Positions 1 through 9,184 of a stretch of 61,154 nt of DNA are shown here, piece by piece. The DNA comes from a plasmid, in the sequence record NZ_CP121836.1. One strand, written 5' to 3'. The notes under the pieces are model-generated. The model had not been told where the DNA came from and ran no database searches. It saw only the letters and a program-made list of their open reading frames with translations. A program made the position numbers and the translations under genes. Position 1 is the first letter of the stretch; each line of letters begins with the position of its first letter.

Positions 1-781
1 CAATTGCCACTGTGGCGAACAGCAGGCTGAAGCCAAGCTGAGACACACCTTGCCTGCCCATCATTAGTCCGGGCGCAATGGAGAAAAAGACGAAGAAGCT
101 ACCCATTCCAGCGGCGTAACACAACGTGTACAACCAGAAGTTCAGGCACTTAACGGGGAGTAGCAGCTGCGACCATTGCAAGCCCGCAACTCGTTGCACC
201 CGGGTTTCAGGCCAGAATCGCCACGCTGCTGCAGATGCAGCGATCATGCCCAAACCTAGAAACGCAAAGATAGCCCGCCACCCAAGCCACATGTCGACGA
301 GCGCTCCGAGCAATGGGCCTACCGCCGGGACCATGGCCAGCATGGATCCGAGTATGCCGTAAATGACATTACTTTCCTCGCGACCTGCGTAAATGTCACG
401 TACTGTTGCAAATGTGGAAACAAGGCACGCCGAGGCACCACAAGCCTGAAGAATCCGAAGCCCCAGAAAGACTTCAGCCGATGACGTAAGAGCGAGGCCC
501 ATTGACGCCACAACGTAGGCGAGGCCACCTCCCAGTAGAACGGGGCGGCGCCCCAGTCGGTCCGATAGCGGTCCAAACAAGAGCTGACCGGCACCAATCA
601 TGACCAAGTACGTTGTCAGCGTAAGCTGAATTGTGCTCGCTGTCGTACCAAGCGCGTTTGGCATAAACGGCACTGCTGGCAAGTACATGTCCATGCCGAG
701 TGATGCCAATAAATCGAACGGTGATAACAACAACACCGTGGCGGCAAGGGAGTACCGCCAACTAAAGTTTTTTGAGCGCAC
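1..781 (-). CDS. cmlA: Chloramphenicol efflux MFS transporter CmlA, N-terminal about 260 codons. The CDS wraps around the window end and joins 60676..61154; a GTG start near 781-782 gives MRSKNFSWRYSLAATVLLLSPFDL.
   Basis: Reverse-strand translation of 1..120 gives ...YAAGMGSFFVFFSIAPGLMMGRQGVSQLGFSLLFATVAIA, which continues in frame with MVFTARFMGR... encoded at 61152 downward. The full 419-aa CmlA1-like sequence is recognised. Confidence 0.93.
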   Translation of the reverse strand, partial: MRSKNFSWRYSLAATVLLLSPFDLLASLGMDMYLPAVPFMPNALGTTASTIQLTLTTYLVMIGAGQLLFGPLSDRLGRRPVLLGGGLAYVVASMGLALTSSAEVFLGLRILQACGASACLVSTFATVRDIYAGREESNVIYGILGSMLAMVPAVGPLLGALVDMWLGWRAIFAFLGLGMIAASAAAWRFWPETRVQRVAGLQWSQLLLPVKCLNFWLYTLCYAAGMGSFFVFFSIAPGLMMGRQGVSQLGFSLLFATVAI

Positions 782-960
782 GAAACCATCTCCTTGAACA
801 AAGGATTTGGCGGCGCTCCCGTAGAGCAAAAGGATTCATGAGAACGCCGCAACAACCGAAAAATGAAGGTTGCTGCGGCTTACTTGTCTGCGTTCTTGGA
901 AGTGCTCATCTGCTGACTATCTCATGATTGAATTTGAATCGTAACAACTTTCAAGCAACT
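782..960 (-). promoter_or_regulatory. cmlA cassette 5' region (own promoter plus leader/attenuator region). The motif TTGCGGCTTACTTGTCTG is shared with the floR leader at about 56325-56345.
   Basis: Conserved cmlA/floR-type leader motif seen at both loci. cmlA cassettes are known to carry an internal promoter and a translational attenuator. Confidence 0.45.
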
Positions 961-995
961 CTGCGAGGAGCCTTATTGTGCGCCCAACGTTTGAC

Positions 996-1550
996 TTAGG
1001 CATCACTGCGTGTTCGCTCGAATGCCTGGCGTGTTTGAACCATGTACACGGCTGGACCATCTGGGGTGGTTACGGTACCTTGCTTCTCAAACCCCGCTTT
1101 CTCGTAGCATCGGATCGCTCGCAAGTTGCTCGGCGACGGGTCCGTTTGGATCTTGGTGACCTCGGGATCATTGAACAGCAACTCAACCAGAGCTCGAACC
1201 AGCTTGGTTCCCAAGCCTTTGCCCAGTTGTGATGCATTCGCCAGTGACTGGTCTATTCCGCGTACTCCTGGATCGGTTTCTTCTTCCCACCATCCGTCCC
1301 CGCTTCCAAGAGCAACGTACGACTGGGCATACCCAATCGGCTCTCCATTCAGCATTGCAATGTATGGAGTGACGGACTCTTGCGCTAAAACGCTTGGCAA
1401 GTACTGTTCCTGTACGTCAGCAAGTGTCGGGCGTGCTTCTTCTCCGCCCCACCACTCGACGATATGAGATCGATTTAGCCACTCATAGAGCATCGCAAGG
1501 TCATGCTCAGTCATGAGGCGCAGTGTGACGGAATCGTTGCTGTTGGTCAC
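996..1550 (-). CDS. aac(6')-Ib: Aminoglycoside 6'-N-acetyltransferase AAC(6')-Ib (aacA4 cassette). Start is ambiguous: GTG at 1550, or ATG at 1514 giving MTEHDLAML. Trp102 and Asp179 are wild type, so it is not the -cr variant.
   Basis: Translation ...[39 protein letters not shown]...[10 protein letters not shown]...[23 protein letters not shown]. The cassette 5' end GTTAGGCATCACAAAGTACAGCATCGTGACCAACAGC is present at about 1575. Confidence 0.9.
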   Translation of the reverse strand: MTNSNDSVTLRLMTEHDLAMLYEWLNRSHIVEWWGGEEARPTLADVQEQYLPSVLAQESVTPYIAMLNGEPIGYAQSYVALGSGDGWWEEETDPGVRGIDQSLANASQLGKGLGTKLVRALVELLFNDPEVTKIQTDPSPSNLRAIRCYEKAGFEKQGTVTTPDGPAVYMVQTRQAFERTRSDA

Positions 1551-1575
1551 GATGCTGTACTTTGTGATGCCTAAC

Positions 1576-1716
1576 GCCCGCCTAAGGGGCTGGCAACGCA
1601 TGACACTAAACCCAAACACAACAGCCGTAACCACCACAGCTCATTGGGACTGGAAACGCCACGCGTTGACAGTCCCTCTTGAGGCGTTTGTTATGTGTGT
1701 GTTCAAACCATCAAAT
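1576..1716 (-). other. attC site of the qnrVC cassette, about 140 bp (VCR-like). It ends at the G|TTAGGC junction with the aacA4 cassette.
   Basis: Lies between the qnrVC stop (1717) and the aacA4 cassette start GTTAGGC (about 1569-1575). Imperfect palindromic organisation. Confidence 0.55.
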
Positions 1717-2373
1717 TTAGTCAGGAACTACTATTAAACCTAATTGCTCTAAAAGTTGTTCTTGCTGCCACGAACAGATTTTTACACCTGTAAGGTCAAC
1801 TTTCCGAGGGTCTAAACCATACAACTCCGAGTGGCTCAAATCACAACCTTGCAACCTACACTGGCTCCAACACCCTTCAGAAAATACTCCCCGACTTAAA
1901 TCAGACTCTTTAAATGATGCACCACTCAGATTTGCGCCAATCCATCTATTCTCAAACAAATCACACTTTTCGATACACTGCCTTTCAAAGTTGGCGTATG
2001 AAAGATTACAACCTGTTATATAAGCTGAACAAAAATACATTCTGTTCGATACCTGATTCATGAAGCTAGCTTGAGCAAAATTGGCACCCTTTAAATCGCA
2101 TTCTCTGAACTCGATACCAAAACAATTTGCACCTTTGAAATACGACATTGAAAGACTGCAGTTTTTAAAAGATGCATCTCTAAGATCCGAGTAAGAAAAA
2201 TCACACCCCTCTAATTCACCTCGTTCAATGAAAGAACAATCTACAAATTGTGTATCGCGGAGGTTCGCTCGTTTAAAGGAACAGCAGAAAAATTTGCAAT
2301 TTTTAAAATACTGACCACTCATGTCTTGATGTGAAAAGTCTGCTTGTACATATAACTGGTCTGTTTTATCCAT
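1717..2373 (-). CDS. qnrVC: Pentapeptide-repeat quinolone-resistance protein Qnr (218 aa), qnrVC-like cassette gene.
   Basis: 218-aa pentapeptide-repeat protein MDKTDQLYVQADFSHQ...CFGIEFRECDLKGANF...KICSWQQEQLLEQLGLIVVPD, typical of Qnr size and motifs. AT-rich cassette followed by a long VCR-like attC. Confidence 0.85.
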   Translation of the reverse strand: MDKTDQLYVQADFSHQDMSGQYFKNCKFFCCSFKRANLRDTQFVDCSFIERGELEGCDFSYSDLRDASFKNCSLSMSYFKGANCFGIEFRECDLKGANFAQASFMNQVSNRMYFCSAYITGCNLSYANFERQCIEKCDLFENRWIGANLSGASFKESDLSRGVFSEGCWSQCRLQGCDLSHSELYGLDPRKVDLTGVKICSWQQEQLLEQLGLIVVPD

Positions 2374-2486
2374 TTTCTAGCCCTCTTTCTATTTGAGTCG
2401 AAGACTAACATTTACCAACCAGTTCTCAAGAAAAATAAACACCTTAAAAACAGCAACTTACAACCACTTAAAATCGCAAAAATCGC

Positions 2487-3565
2487 GAATTCAACTTCGA
2501 AGTGCGACACTCGCCTATGCCGCCTGACGGTACTCTTCGAATACCTTGACAGGCTGCCTGAATCCGAGACATTTCCGAGGTCGTAGGTTGAGCCACTGCT
2601 CCGCTCTCCTGACATCCTCGTCCGTGACCTCTCTCAGGTCTGTTCCCTTTGGGATAAACTGCCTCAACAGCCCATTGCTGTTCTCGTTCAGACCGCGCTC
2701 CCACGAAGAGTAAGGGTGCGCAAAGTAAGTCTCGGCACCCAGCGCTTCCTCTATCGCCTTGTGTTCGGCAAACTCGCCGCCGTTGTCAAAGGTGATGGTA
2801 TGCACCTGCTCGATGTAGGGCGTTAACATCTCGATTATCGCATCCCGCACCACCCCAGCCTGTTTGCTCGCGACCCGCTTGACCAGATAGAGCCGGCTCT
2901 TGCGCTCCACCAGGGTGACCAGTGCACCTGTGCCTTGCTTGCCCAGCACCGTGTCCGCCTCCCAATCACCGAGCCGCTCCCGGCTATCGACGATAGCCGG
3001 CCGTTCATCAATAGAGCGGGCTTCCTTGATGGGAGAACGCAGGCTGCTCGCCCCCCTTGCGGTAGCGCTTGTGGCCCTGGCGCAGATGGCGGTACAACTG
3101 GCCACCCCGGGCTTTGTCGGCGGCCACATGGCGGTATATCCACTCGTGACTCACCATGAGGCCTATCTGCTTGCCCACCGCGCTTATCTGCTCCGGGCTC
3201 CACCACCAGGCGAGTGTCAGCTCGACAAACTGGATGACATCGGCAGATAGCCGAGATTTGGCCGCACTGGCCCGTCGGTGGGTGGCGTGCTGATGCGCAT
3301 TGTCTGGCTGGTAGCCCTGCGGCCCGGCGTTACGACGCAGCTCCCGGTAGAGGGTGGAGCGATGAACGCCAATGGCGCGTGCGGTGGCAAGGATGGACAT
3401 CCCCTGTGCGCGAAGCACCGATAACTGGTATCGTTGCCCCTCGGTCAACTGCTGATAGCTCATGGTGATACTGCTTTTACTTTGGCGAGCAGAAGGGTAC
3501 CACCAATCAGCAGTTGGCCACCTCTCGCCATTCATCCATGAGTGTCGCACTTATTATCTGAATTC
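2487..3565 (-). mobile_element. IS30-family insertion sequence (about 1079 bp). It is inserted in the 5'-UTR of the first (qnrVC) cassette, between attI1 and the qnrVC start.
   Basis: Imperfect 26-bp terminal inverted repeats GAGTGTCGCACTTATTATCTGAATTC (3540-3565) and GAATTCAACTTCGAAGTGCGACACTC (2487-2512) flank an IS30-type transposase. No clear target-site duplication seen. Confidence 0.75.
2515..3463 (-). pseudogene. IS30-family DDE transposase split into two overlapping ORFs (3008..3550 and 2515..3129). Frameshift is near a C7/G7 homopolymer at about 3050-3056.
   Basis: N-terminal HTH MSYQQLTEGQRYQLSVLRAQGMSILATARAIGVHRSTLYRELRRN. C-terminal DDE region GDWEADTVLG...TLVERKSRLYL...TFDNGGEFAEH...SWERGLNENSNGLLRQFIPKGTDL (IS30 signature). 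The two frames overlap at 3008-3129. Confidence 0.7.
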
Positions 3566-3676
3566 CCGAATAAGGTACCAAATTGACGCTCTAAGGCACT
3601 GTTTTTTAATTCACCCATGCCGCATGGCTAGAAAAAAAGTTTTGATTAATCATGGCGCTTGCAAGAAAAACACATA

Positions 3677-3741
3677 ACTTTGTTTTAGGGCGACTGCCCT
3701 GCTGCGTAACATCGTTGCTGCTCCATAACATCAAACATCGA
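3677..3741 (-). other. attI1 recombination site of the class 1 integron. Crossover point is G|TTATGT at about 3676/3677.
   Basis: Reverse strand reads ...GTTACGCAGCAGGGCAGTCGCCCTAAAACAAAGTTATGT, the characteristic 5'-CS/attI1 end. Confidence 0.7.
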
Positions 3742-3813
3742 CCCACGGCGTAACGCGCTTGCTGCTTGGATGCCCGAGGCATAGACTGTACAAAAAAACA
3801 GTCATAACAAGCC

Positions 3814-4827
3814 ATGAAAACCGCCACTGCGCCGTTACCACCGCTGCGTTCGGTCAAGGTTCTGGACCAGTTGCGTGAGCGCATACGCTACTTGCATTAC
3901 AGCTTACGAACCGAACAGGCTTATGTCCACTGGGTTCGTGCCTTCATCCGTTTCCACGGTGTGCGTCACCCGGCAACCTTGGGCAGCAGCGAAGTCGAGG
4001 CATTTCTGTCCTGGCTGGCGAACGAGCGCAAGGTTTCGGTCTCCACGCATCGTCAGGCATTGGCGGCCTTGCTGTTCTTCTACGGCAAGGTGCTGTGCAC
4101 GGATCTGCCCTGGCTTCAGGAGATCGGAAGACCTCGGCCGTCGCGGCGCTTGCCGGTGGTGCTGACCCCGGATGAAGTGGTTCGCATCCTCGGTTTTCTG
4201 GAAGGCGAGCATCGTTTGTTCGCCCAGCTTCTGTATGGAACGGGCATGCGGATCAGTGAGGGTTTGCAACTGCGGGTCAAGGATCTGGATTTCGATCACG
4301 GCACGATCATCGTGCGGGAGGGCAAGGGCTCCAAGGATCGGGCCTTGATGTTACCCGAGAGCTTGGCACCCAGCCTGCGCGAGCAGCTGTCGCGTGCACG
4401 GGCATGGTGGCTGAAGGACCAGGCCGAGGGCCGCAGCGGCGTTGCGCTTCCCGACGCCCTTGAGCGGAAGTATCCGCGCGCCGGGCATTCCTGGCCGTGG
4501 TTCTGGGTTTTTGCGCAGCACACGCATTCGACCGATCCACGGAGCGGTGTCGTGCGTCGCCATCACATGTATGACCAGACCTTTCAGCGCGCCTTCAAAC
4601 GTGCCGTAGAACAAGCAGGCATCACGAAGCCCGCCACACCGCACACCCTCCGCCACTCGTTCGCGACGGCCTTGCTCCGCAGCGGTTACGACATTCGAAC
4701 CGTGCAGGATCTGCTCGGCCATTCCGACGTCTCTACGACGATGATTTACACGCATGTGCTGAAAGTTGGCGGTGCCGGAGTGCGCTCACCGCTTGATGCG
4801 CTGCCGCCCCTCACTAGTGAGAGGTAG
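3814..4827 (+). CDS. intI1: Class 1 integron integrase IntI1 (337 aa).
   Basis: Full-length IntI1 sequence [57 protein letters not shown]...[61 protein letters not shown]. Confidence 0.97.
3901..3929 (-). promoter_or_regulatory. Integron cassette promoter Pc, weak PcW variant (-35 TGGACA, 17-bp spacer, -10 TAAGCT), located inside intI1.
   Basis: The plus strand shows AGCTTA (3901-3906), 17 nt, then TGTCCA (3924-3929). No TGN extended -10. Confidence 0.7.
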
Positions 4828-5004
4828 GGCAGCGCAAGTCAATCCTGGCGGATTCACTACCCCTGCGCGAAGGCCATCGGTGCCGCATCGAACGGCCGGT
4901 TGCGGAAAGTCCTCCCTGCGTCCGCTGATGGCCGGCAGCAGCCCGTCGTTGCCTGATGGATCCAACCCCTCCGCTGCTATAGTGCAGTCGGCTTCTGACG
5001 TTCA

Positions 5005-5029
5005 GTGCAGCCGTCTTCTGAAAACGACA
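5005..5029. repeat. IRi, the 25-bp inverted repeat at the intI1 end of the Tn402-family class 1 integron. Outer end at 5029.
   Basis: Plus strand GTGCAGCCGTCTTCTGAAAACGACA is the reverse complement of TGTCGTTTTCAGAAGACGGCTGCAC. Confidence 0.9.
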
Positions 5030-5036
5030 GTTTTTG

Positions 5037-5137
5037 TGTCATTTTCAGAAGACGACTGCACCAGACAACGCGGTTTGAAGGCTGTTGTGCAGTCGTCTAT
5101 TGAACGAACAGTATCAGGAGTCCGCTGCACGAATGAT
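5037..5137. repeat. Tn402-family IRt-like terminus: 25-bp IR TGTCATTTTCAGAAGACGACTGCAC at 5037-5061 plus about 75 bp of related end sequence. It lies in inverse orientation 7 bp from IRi.
   Basis: Exact IRt 25-mer. The following about 75 bp are roughly 70% similar to the 98 bp between IS6100 and IRt at 57727-57824 (shared GGCTGTTGTGCAG...TATCAG...CTGCAC). Confidence 0.7.
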
Positions 5138-5335
5138 GACCTCAAGCCGGTTCTGGTCGCGCTGGCGACCGATCTGCCCCTGGATGTGCGATACCGCGAC
5201 CACGATCTTTCCGGCGATTGGGCGGGCTACCGCGAATGCCACATCAAGCCCGACCTGCTGCTGATCTACCGCAAGTCCGACGCCGACACCCTGCGACTGG
5301 CGCGGCTTGGCTCCCATAGCGAGCTGTTCGGCTGA
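5138..5335 (+). pseudogene. RelE/ParE/YafQ-family toxin gene, 5'-truncated. Only the C-terminal about 65 codons remain and no antitoxin gene is present.
   Basis: Translation DLKPVLVALATDLPLDVRYRDHDLSGDWAGYRECHIKPDLLLIYRKSDADTLRLARLGSHSELFG matches the YafQ/RelE C-terminal consensus (GxWxGYRxxHIxPDxLLIY...RxGxHxxLF). Upstream residues show no toxin similarity and coincide with the IRt-like end. Confidence 0.7.
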
Positions 5336-5461
5336 TGCCAGTCGCCTTGTCCGCCAAACGATCATTAGGCGGCCAAACCGGACGCCTGTCCGAAAACATC
5401 TTGCGCAACGGGATGACGGACAATAAGATAGGCGGACGGTATAACGGACAAATGGGCGGAA

Positions 5462-6037
5462 ATGGCACTCATCGGCTATGCGCGGGTATCGACGGCGGAA
5501 CAGGACACCGCCTTGCAGACGGATGCGCTGCGCAATGCAGGCTGCGAACGGGTTTTCGAGGACACGGCATCCGGGGCCAAGGCAGACCGGCCCGGCTTGG
5601 CCGATGCGCTGGCTTATCTGCGCGATGGCGATGTGCTGGTCGTCTGGCGGCTGGATCGGCTTGGCCGCTCCCTGCCGCACCTGATTGAGACGGTCGGCAA
5701 GCTGGAAGCACGGGGCGTCGGCTTCCGCTCGTTGACTGAAAACATCGACACCACCACGCCGGGCGGACGGCTCATCTTCCATGTGTTCGGTGCGCTGGGC
5801 CAGTTCGAGCGCGACCTGATCCGCGAGCGCACCAAGGCCGGGTTGACCGCTGCCGCCGCACGCGGGCGCAAAGGCGGACGCAAGCCGGTTGTCACTGCCG
5901 ACAAGTTGCAACGAGCGCGGGAGCTTGTCGCCAACGGCTTGAATGTCCGCGAGGCCGCCGCACGCCTCAAGGTAGGAAAAACCGCTCTCTACGCTGCCTT
6001 GCAGGCGGCCAGTTCTGGCAGTGCAGCCGACTCCTGA
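5462..6037 (+). CDS. Serine recombinase / resolvase (191 aa). Either TniR/TniC-like of a Tn402-family element or a plasmid multimer-resolution resolvase targeted by res-site hunters.
   Basis: MALIGYARVSTAEQDTALQ...DVLVVWRLDRLGRSL...FHVFGALGQFERDLIRERT, with catalytic Ser in the YARVST motif and a C-terminal HTH. The roughly 400-bp upstream region could hold a res site. Confidence 0.85.
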   Translation: MALIGYARVSTAEQDTALQTDALRNAGCERVFEDTASGAKADRPGLADALAYLRDGDVLVVWRLDRLGRSLPHLIETVGKLEARGVGFRSLTENIDTTTPGGRLIFHVFGALGQFERDLIRERTKAGLTAAAARGRKGGRKPVVTADKLQRARELVANGLNVREAAARLKVGKTALYAALQAASSGSAADS

Positions 6038-6043
6038 TATTTC

Positions 6044-6068
6044 GTGCAGTCACCTTCTGAAAACGACA
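6044..6068. repeat. Third Tn402-type 25-bp repeat, an IRi-like variant with 3 mismatches, in the same orientation as IRi. Located immediately after the resolvase stop.
   Basis: Plus strand GTGCAGTCACCTTCTGAAAACGACA compared with GTGCAGCCGTCTTCTGAAAACGACA at 5005-5029. Confidence 0.7.
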
Positions 6069-6085
6069 CCCTGATAATCGAGTGC

Positions 6086-9000
6086 TTATAGTTGCCCGCC
6101 TACACCCTTGAACTTCTCAACAAAGGCAGCGATCTTCTGGAAGACAGTCTGCTTCTTGGTCAGGAATTGCGGGTTCAATGGGCTCATCTTAGGCAGAACC
6201 GCATTGAGCTCCGTGCCATTCTCAGTGGCGAACTCGCGCTTCAGTGAGTTGGTGATATAGCGCTTGGCGGCTTCTGCGTTCAGGCCCTCGTCGCTAATCA
6301 GCTCTGCAGCCTCTCGCTGCTGTTCCGCTTGAGCGAAAGTGAAGAAGGCCTCAATTACGCTGGCCTTGTCGCCGATCTGGTCCAAATCGGTCTGGTTGAT
6401 GAAGTCCACCACCAGACTTTCTTTCGCGCGGTTGCCCAGGCTGGCACGAATCACACGCCGCACTTCATCCACCAGTTCAGACTTGCTCTTGGTCTTCTTG
6501 TTGTGCTCGAAGATCAGTTCCAGGATGTAGTCCAGGTTGATTTCCTGAGACTTCAATAGGTCCACCTCAAAGACCACGTCATCCCAGTCAATGGTGGACT
6601 TCTCTTTCTCGGCCCCAGCCTTCTCACGGCGTAGCCAGTCGCGCACGTCGTTGTAGGTCGAGCGATAGTCCTGAACCTTCCGCTCGGGCGGGAGCGTGAT
6701 GGCTTGCAGCGCGGTCAGATCTTCATCACTCAGGTAGTGCTTGGCCTTGAATGCCTCGACCGCTGCCGGGTCGGTCATGTCGACGCTTTGCAATTCCTTC
6801 AAGCTGGCAAATTCGTCATAGTTCTGCAGCACGTTCTCGACGCGTAGGTACTCGCCGAACAGCTTGGCGAAGGCTTTTTTGTCAGCTTCCTTTTCAATGG
6901 CCGATGGATCGGGAAAGCGGGTTTCCAGCTCGTTCACCACGGCGACAAAACCACGTCGCGCCTCACCGGTGGCCGCATCGGTGAAGCCTTCCATGTACTC
7001 CTGGTAGCTCTTCTCCAGCACCACGTTCTTGGTGTTCTTATCACCGAACAAGGTGATGGCGTCGATGGTCGCCTGTTCCAGGTCGCGGAAGGTGACGATG
7101 TTGCCGAAGGTCTTGGTGGCGTCAAAGATGCGGTTAGTACGCGAATAGGCCTGCATCAGTCCGTGGAAGCGCAGATTCTTGTCGACAAACAACGTGTTGA
7201 GCGAGGGCGCATCGAAGCCGGTCAGGAACATACCCACCACGATGAGCAGGTCGATCTCCTTGGCCTTCACCTGCTTGGCCAGGTCTCGGTAGTAGTTCTG
7301 GAAGCCGTTGCTATCCACGCTGAAGTTGGTTTTGAACAGTGCGTTGTAATCCGCAATGGCCGCGCTCAAGAACTCCTTGGCGCTGCTGTTCATTGCGGAT
7401 ACATCAAAGCTTTCATCCTGAATATCGCCGATAGCATCCTGCTCCTCATTGGCGGCGAAGGAGAAGATGGTCGCCACGCGCAAAGGCTTGTCGCTATCCT
7501 TCTGCAAGGTCTTGAACGACTCGTAATACAGCTTGGCGGCATCGACGCTGCTCACGGCAAACATAGCGTTGAAGCCCTTGTTGCCCGCGTGCAGGCGGTG
7601 GGTTTTCTGCCGGAAGTTGTTCAGGATGTACTGGGTAATTTCGCGGATGCGGTCAGGATGCAGCAGGGCTTGCTTGTTCTCTGCCGCACTCAGCTTCTTT
7701 TCGTCCTTCTCGGTCTCGATGGCCTTGAACTGCGGGCGCACATCGTTGTAATCCACCTTGAACTTCAGCACCTTCTCATCGCGAATCGCGTCGGTGATCA
7801 CGTAGGAATGCAACTCGCGGCCGAACACGCTGGCGGTGGTTTCCGCACCCAGCGCGTTCTCCGGGAAGATTGGGGTGCCGGTAAAGCCAAACTGATAGAA
7901 CCTCTTGAACTTCTTCTGCAGGTTCTTCTGCGCTTCACCGAACTGGCTGCGGTGACATTCATCGAAGATGAACACGACCTGTTTGCCGTAGATGGGCAAA
8001 TCACCTTCACTCTTCATCAGGTTATTGAGCTTCTGGATGGTGGTGACGACGATCTTGTTGTCGTCCTTCTCCAGATTGCGCTTGAGGCCAGCCGTACTAT
8101 CAGAGCCATTCACGCTGTCGGGAGAAAAGCGCTGGTATTCCCGCATGGTCTGGTAGTCCAGATCCTTGCGGTCCACCACGAAGAACACCTTGTCGATGAA
8201 ATCCAGCTCCGTCGCCAAACGCGCCGCCTTGAAGCTGGTCAGCGTCTTGCCGGAACCGGTGGTGTGCCAGATAAAGCCACCGCCCTCAAGACTGCTCCAG
8301 CTCTTGGCCTGATAGGCGCTCTTGATCTTCCACAGAATGCGCTCGGTGGCTGCGATTTGATAAGGGCGCATCACCAGCAGTGTATCGCTCACGTCGAACA
8401 CCGAGTAATGCAGCAACACATTAAGCAGGGTGTGTTTCTGGAAGAAGGTGGCCGTGAAGTCCTTCAGGTCCTTGATCAGCGTGTTGTCCGCCTTCGCCCA
8501 GTTCATGGTGAAGTCGAAGCTGTTCTTGTTGCGCTGCGTGGTGTTGGCGAAGTAGCGGCTGTCGGTGCCGTTGGAGATCACAAACAGCTGCAAATACTTG
8601 AACAAGGAATTCTCGCTGTTGAAGCTCTCCTTGCTGTAGCGATGCACCTGGTTGAAAGCCTCGCGGATGGCCACGCCGCGCTTCTTCAGCTCTACTTGTA
8701 CCAGTGGCAGGCCATTGACCAGAATCGTCACGTCGTAGCGGTTGGCGTGGCTGCCGGCTTGCTCGAATTGCTTGATCACCTGCACCTTGTTGCGGGCAAT
8801 GTTCTTTTTATCGAGCAGATAGATGTTCTGAATGCGGCCATCGTCAAACACGAAGTCATGGATGTAGTCATCATGAATTTTGCGCGTCTTGTCGACGATG
8901 CTGTCGCTGGGCTTGTCCAACCAGGTCTCAACAAAACGCGCCCACTCGCCTTCGGCAAACTGCACGTTGTTCAGCGCCTGCAGCTGTACCCGCACATTCG

Positions 9001-9184
9001 CCAGCAAGGCTTGCGGCGTGTTCAGCGTGGGCAGAAATTCGTAACCCTGATTGACCAGATCCTGAATCAGCTCGCGCTCCAGATCACTTTCGCTCTGGTA
9101 GCCTTCTGCGACCTTCCACTCTGGGCTGTATTTATCCAGAACGATAAAGTTGTTCGATTCGGCGATGGTTTTGTAGTCGCTCAT
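6086..9184 (-). CDS. hsdR: Type I restriction enzyme R subunit HsdR (1032 aa).
   Basis: SF2 helicase motifs (TGSGKT, DECH box [10 protein letters not shown]) and typical HsdR N-terminus [25 protein letters not shown]. Confidence 0.95.
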   Translation of the reverse strand: MSDYKTIAESNNFIVLDKYSPEWKVAEGYQSESDLERELIQDLVNQGYEFLPTLNTPQALLANVRVQLQALNNVQFAEGEWARFVETWLDKPSDSIVDKTRKIHDDYIHDFVFDDGRIQNIYLLDKKNIARNKVQVIKQFEQAGSHANRYDVTILVNGLPLVQVELKKRGVAIREAFNQVHRYSKESFNSENSLFKYLQLFVISNGTDSRYFANTTQRNKNSFDFTMNWAKADNTLIKDLKDFTATFFQKHTLLNVLLHYSVFDVSDTLLVMRPYQIAATERILWKIKSAYQAKSWSSLEGGGFIWHTTGSGKTLTSFKAARLATELDFIDKVFFVVDRKDLDYQTMREYQRFSPDSVNGSDSTAGLKRNLEKDDNKIVVTTIQKLNNLMKSEGDLPIYGKQVVFIFDECHRSQFGEAQKNLQKKFKRFYQFGFTGTPIFPENALGAETTASVFGRELHSYVITDAIRDEKVLKFKVDYNDVRPQFKAIETEKDEKKLSAAENKQALLHPDRIREITQYILNNFRQKTHRLHAGNKGFNAMFAVSSVDAAKLYYESFKTLQKDSDKPLRVATIFSFAANEEQDAIGDIQDESFDVSAMNSSAKEFLSAAIADYNALFKTNFSVDSNGFQNYYRDLAKQVKAKEIDLLIVVGMFLTGFDAPSLNTLFVDKNLRFHGLMQAYSRTNRIFDATKTFGNIVTFRDLEQATIDAITLFGDKNTKNVVLEKSYQEYMEGFTDAATGEARRGFVAVVNELETRFPDPSAIEKEADKKAFAKLFGEYLRVENVLQNYDEFASLKELQSVDMTDPAAVEAFKAKHYLSDEDLTALQAITLPPERKVQDYRSTYNDVRDWLRREKAGAEKEKSTIDWDDVVFEVDLLKSQEINLDYILELIFEHNKKTKSKSELVDEVRRVIRASLGNRAKESLVVDFINQTDLDQIGDKASVIEAFFTFAQAEQQREAAELISDEGLNAEAAKRYITNSLKREFATENGTELNAVLPKMSPLNPQFLTKKQTVFQKIAAFVEKFKGVGGQL

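Noticed and set aside
126-855. Several ORFs (126-362 plus strand; 319-597, 474-761 and 616-855 minus strand) at the window start
   Set aside because: All are alternative frames over cmlA or its leader. The true cmlA frame runs from about 781 through position 1 and is not listed, because it lacks a stop inside the window.
996-1232. AAC(6')-Ib-cr (fluoroquinolone-acetylating variant)
   Set aside because: Trp102 ([10 protein letters not shown]) and Asp179 (TPDGPAVYM) are wild type.
3606-3884. 92-aa minus-strand ORF spanning attI1 and the intI1 start
   Set aside because: Crosses the attI1 recombination site and the divergent intI1 start; known non-coding 5'-CS.
5114-5911. 265-aa minus-strand ORF
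   Set aside because: Antisense to the resolvase gene and the res region; Arg/Ala-rich with no motifs. The 4766-5335 plus-strand ORF is real only in its last 65 codons (relE-like).
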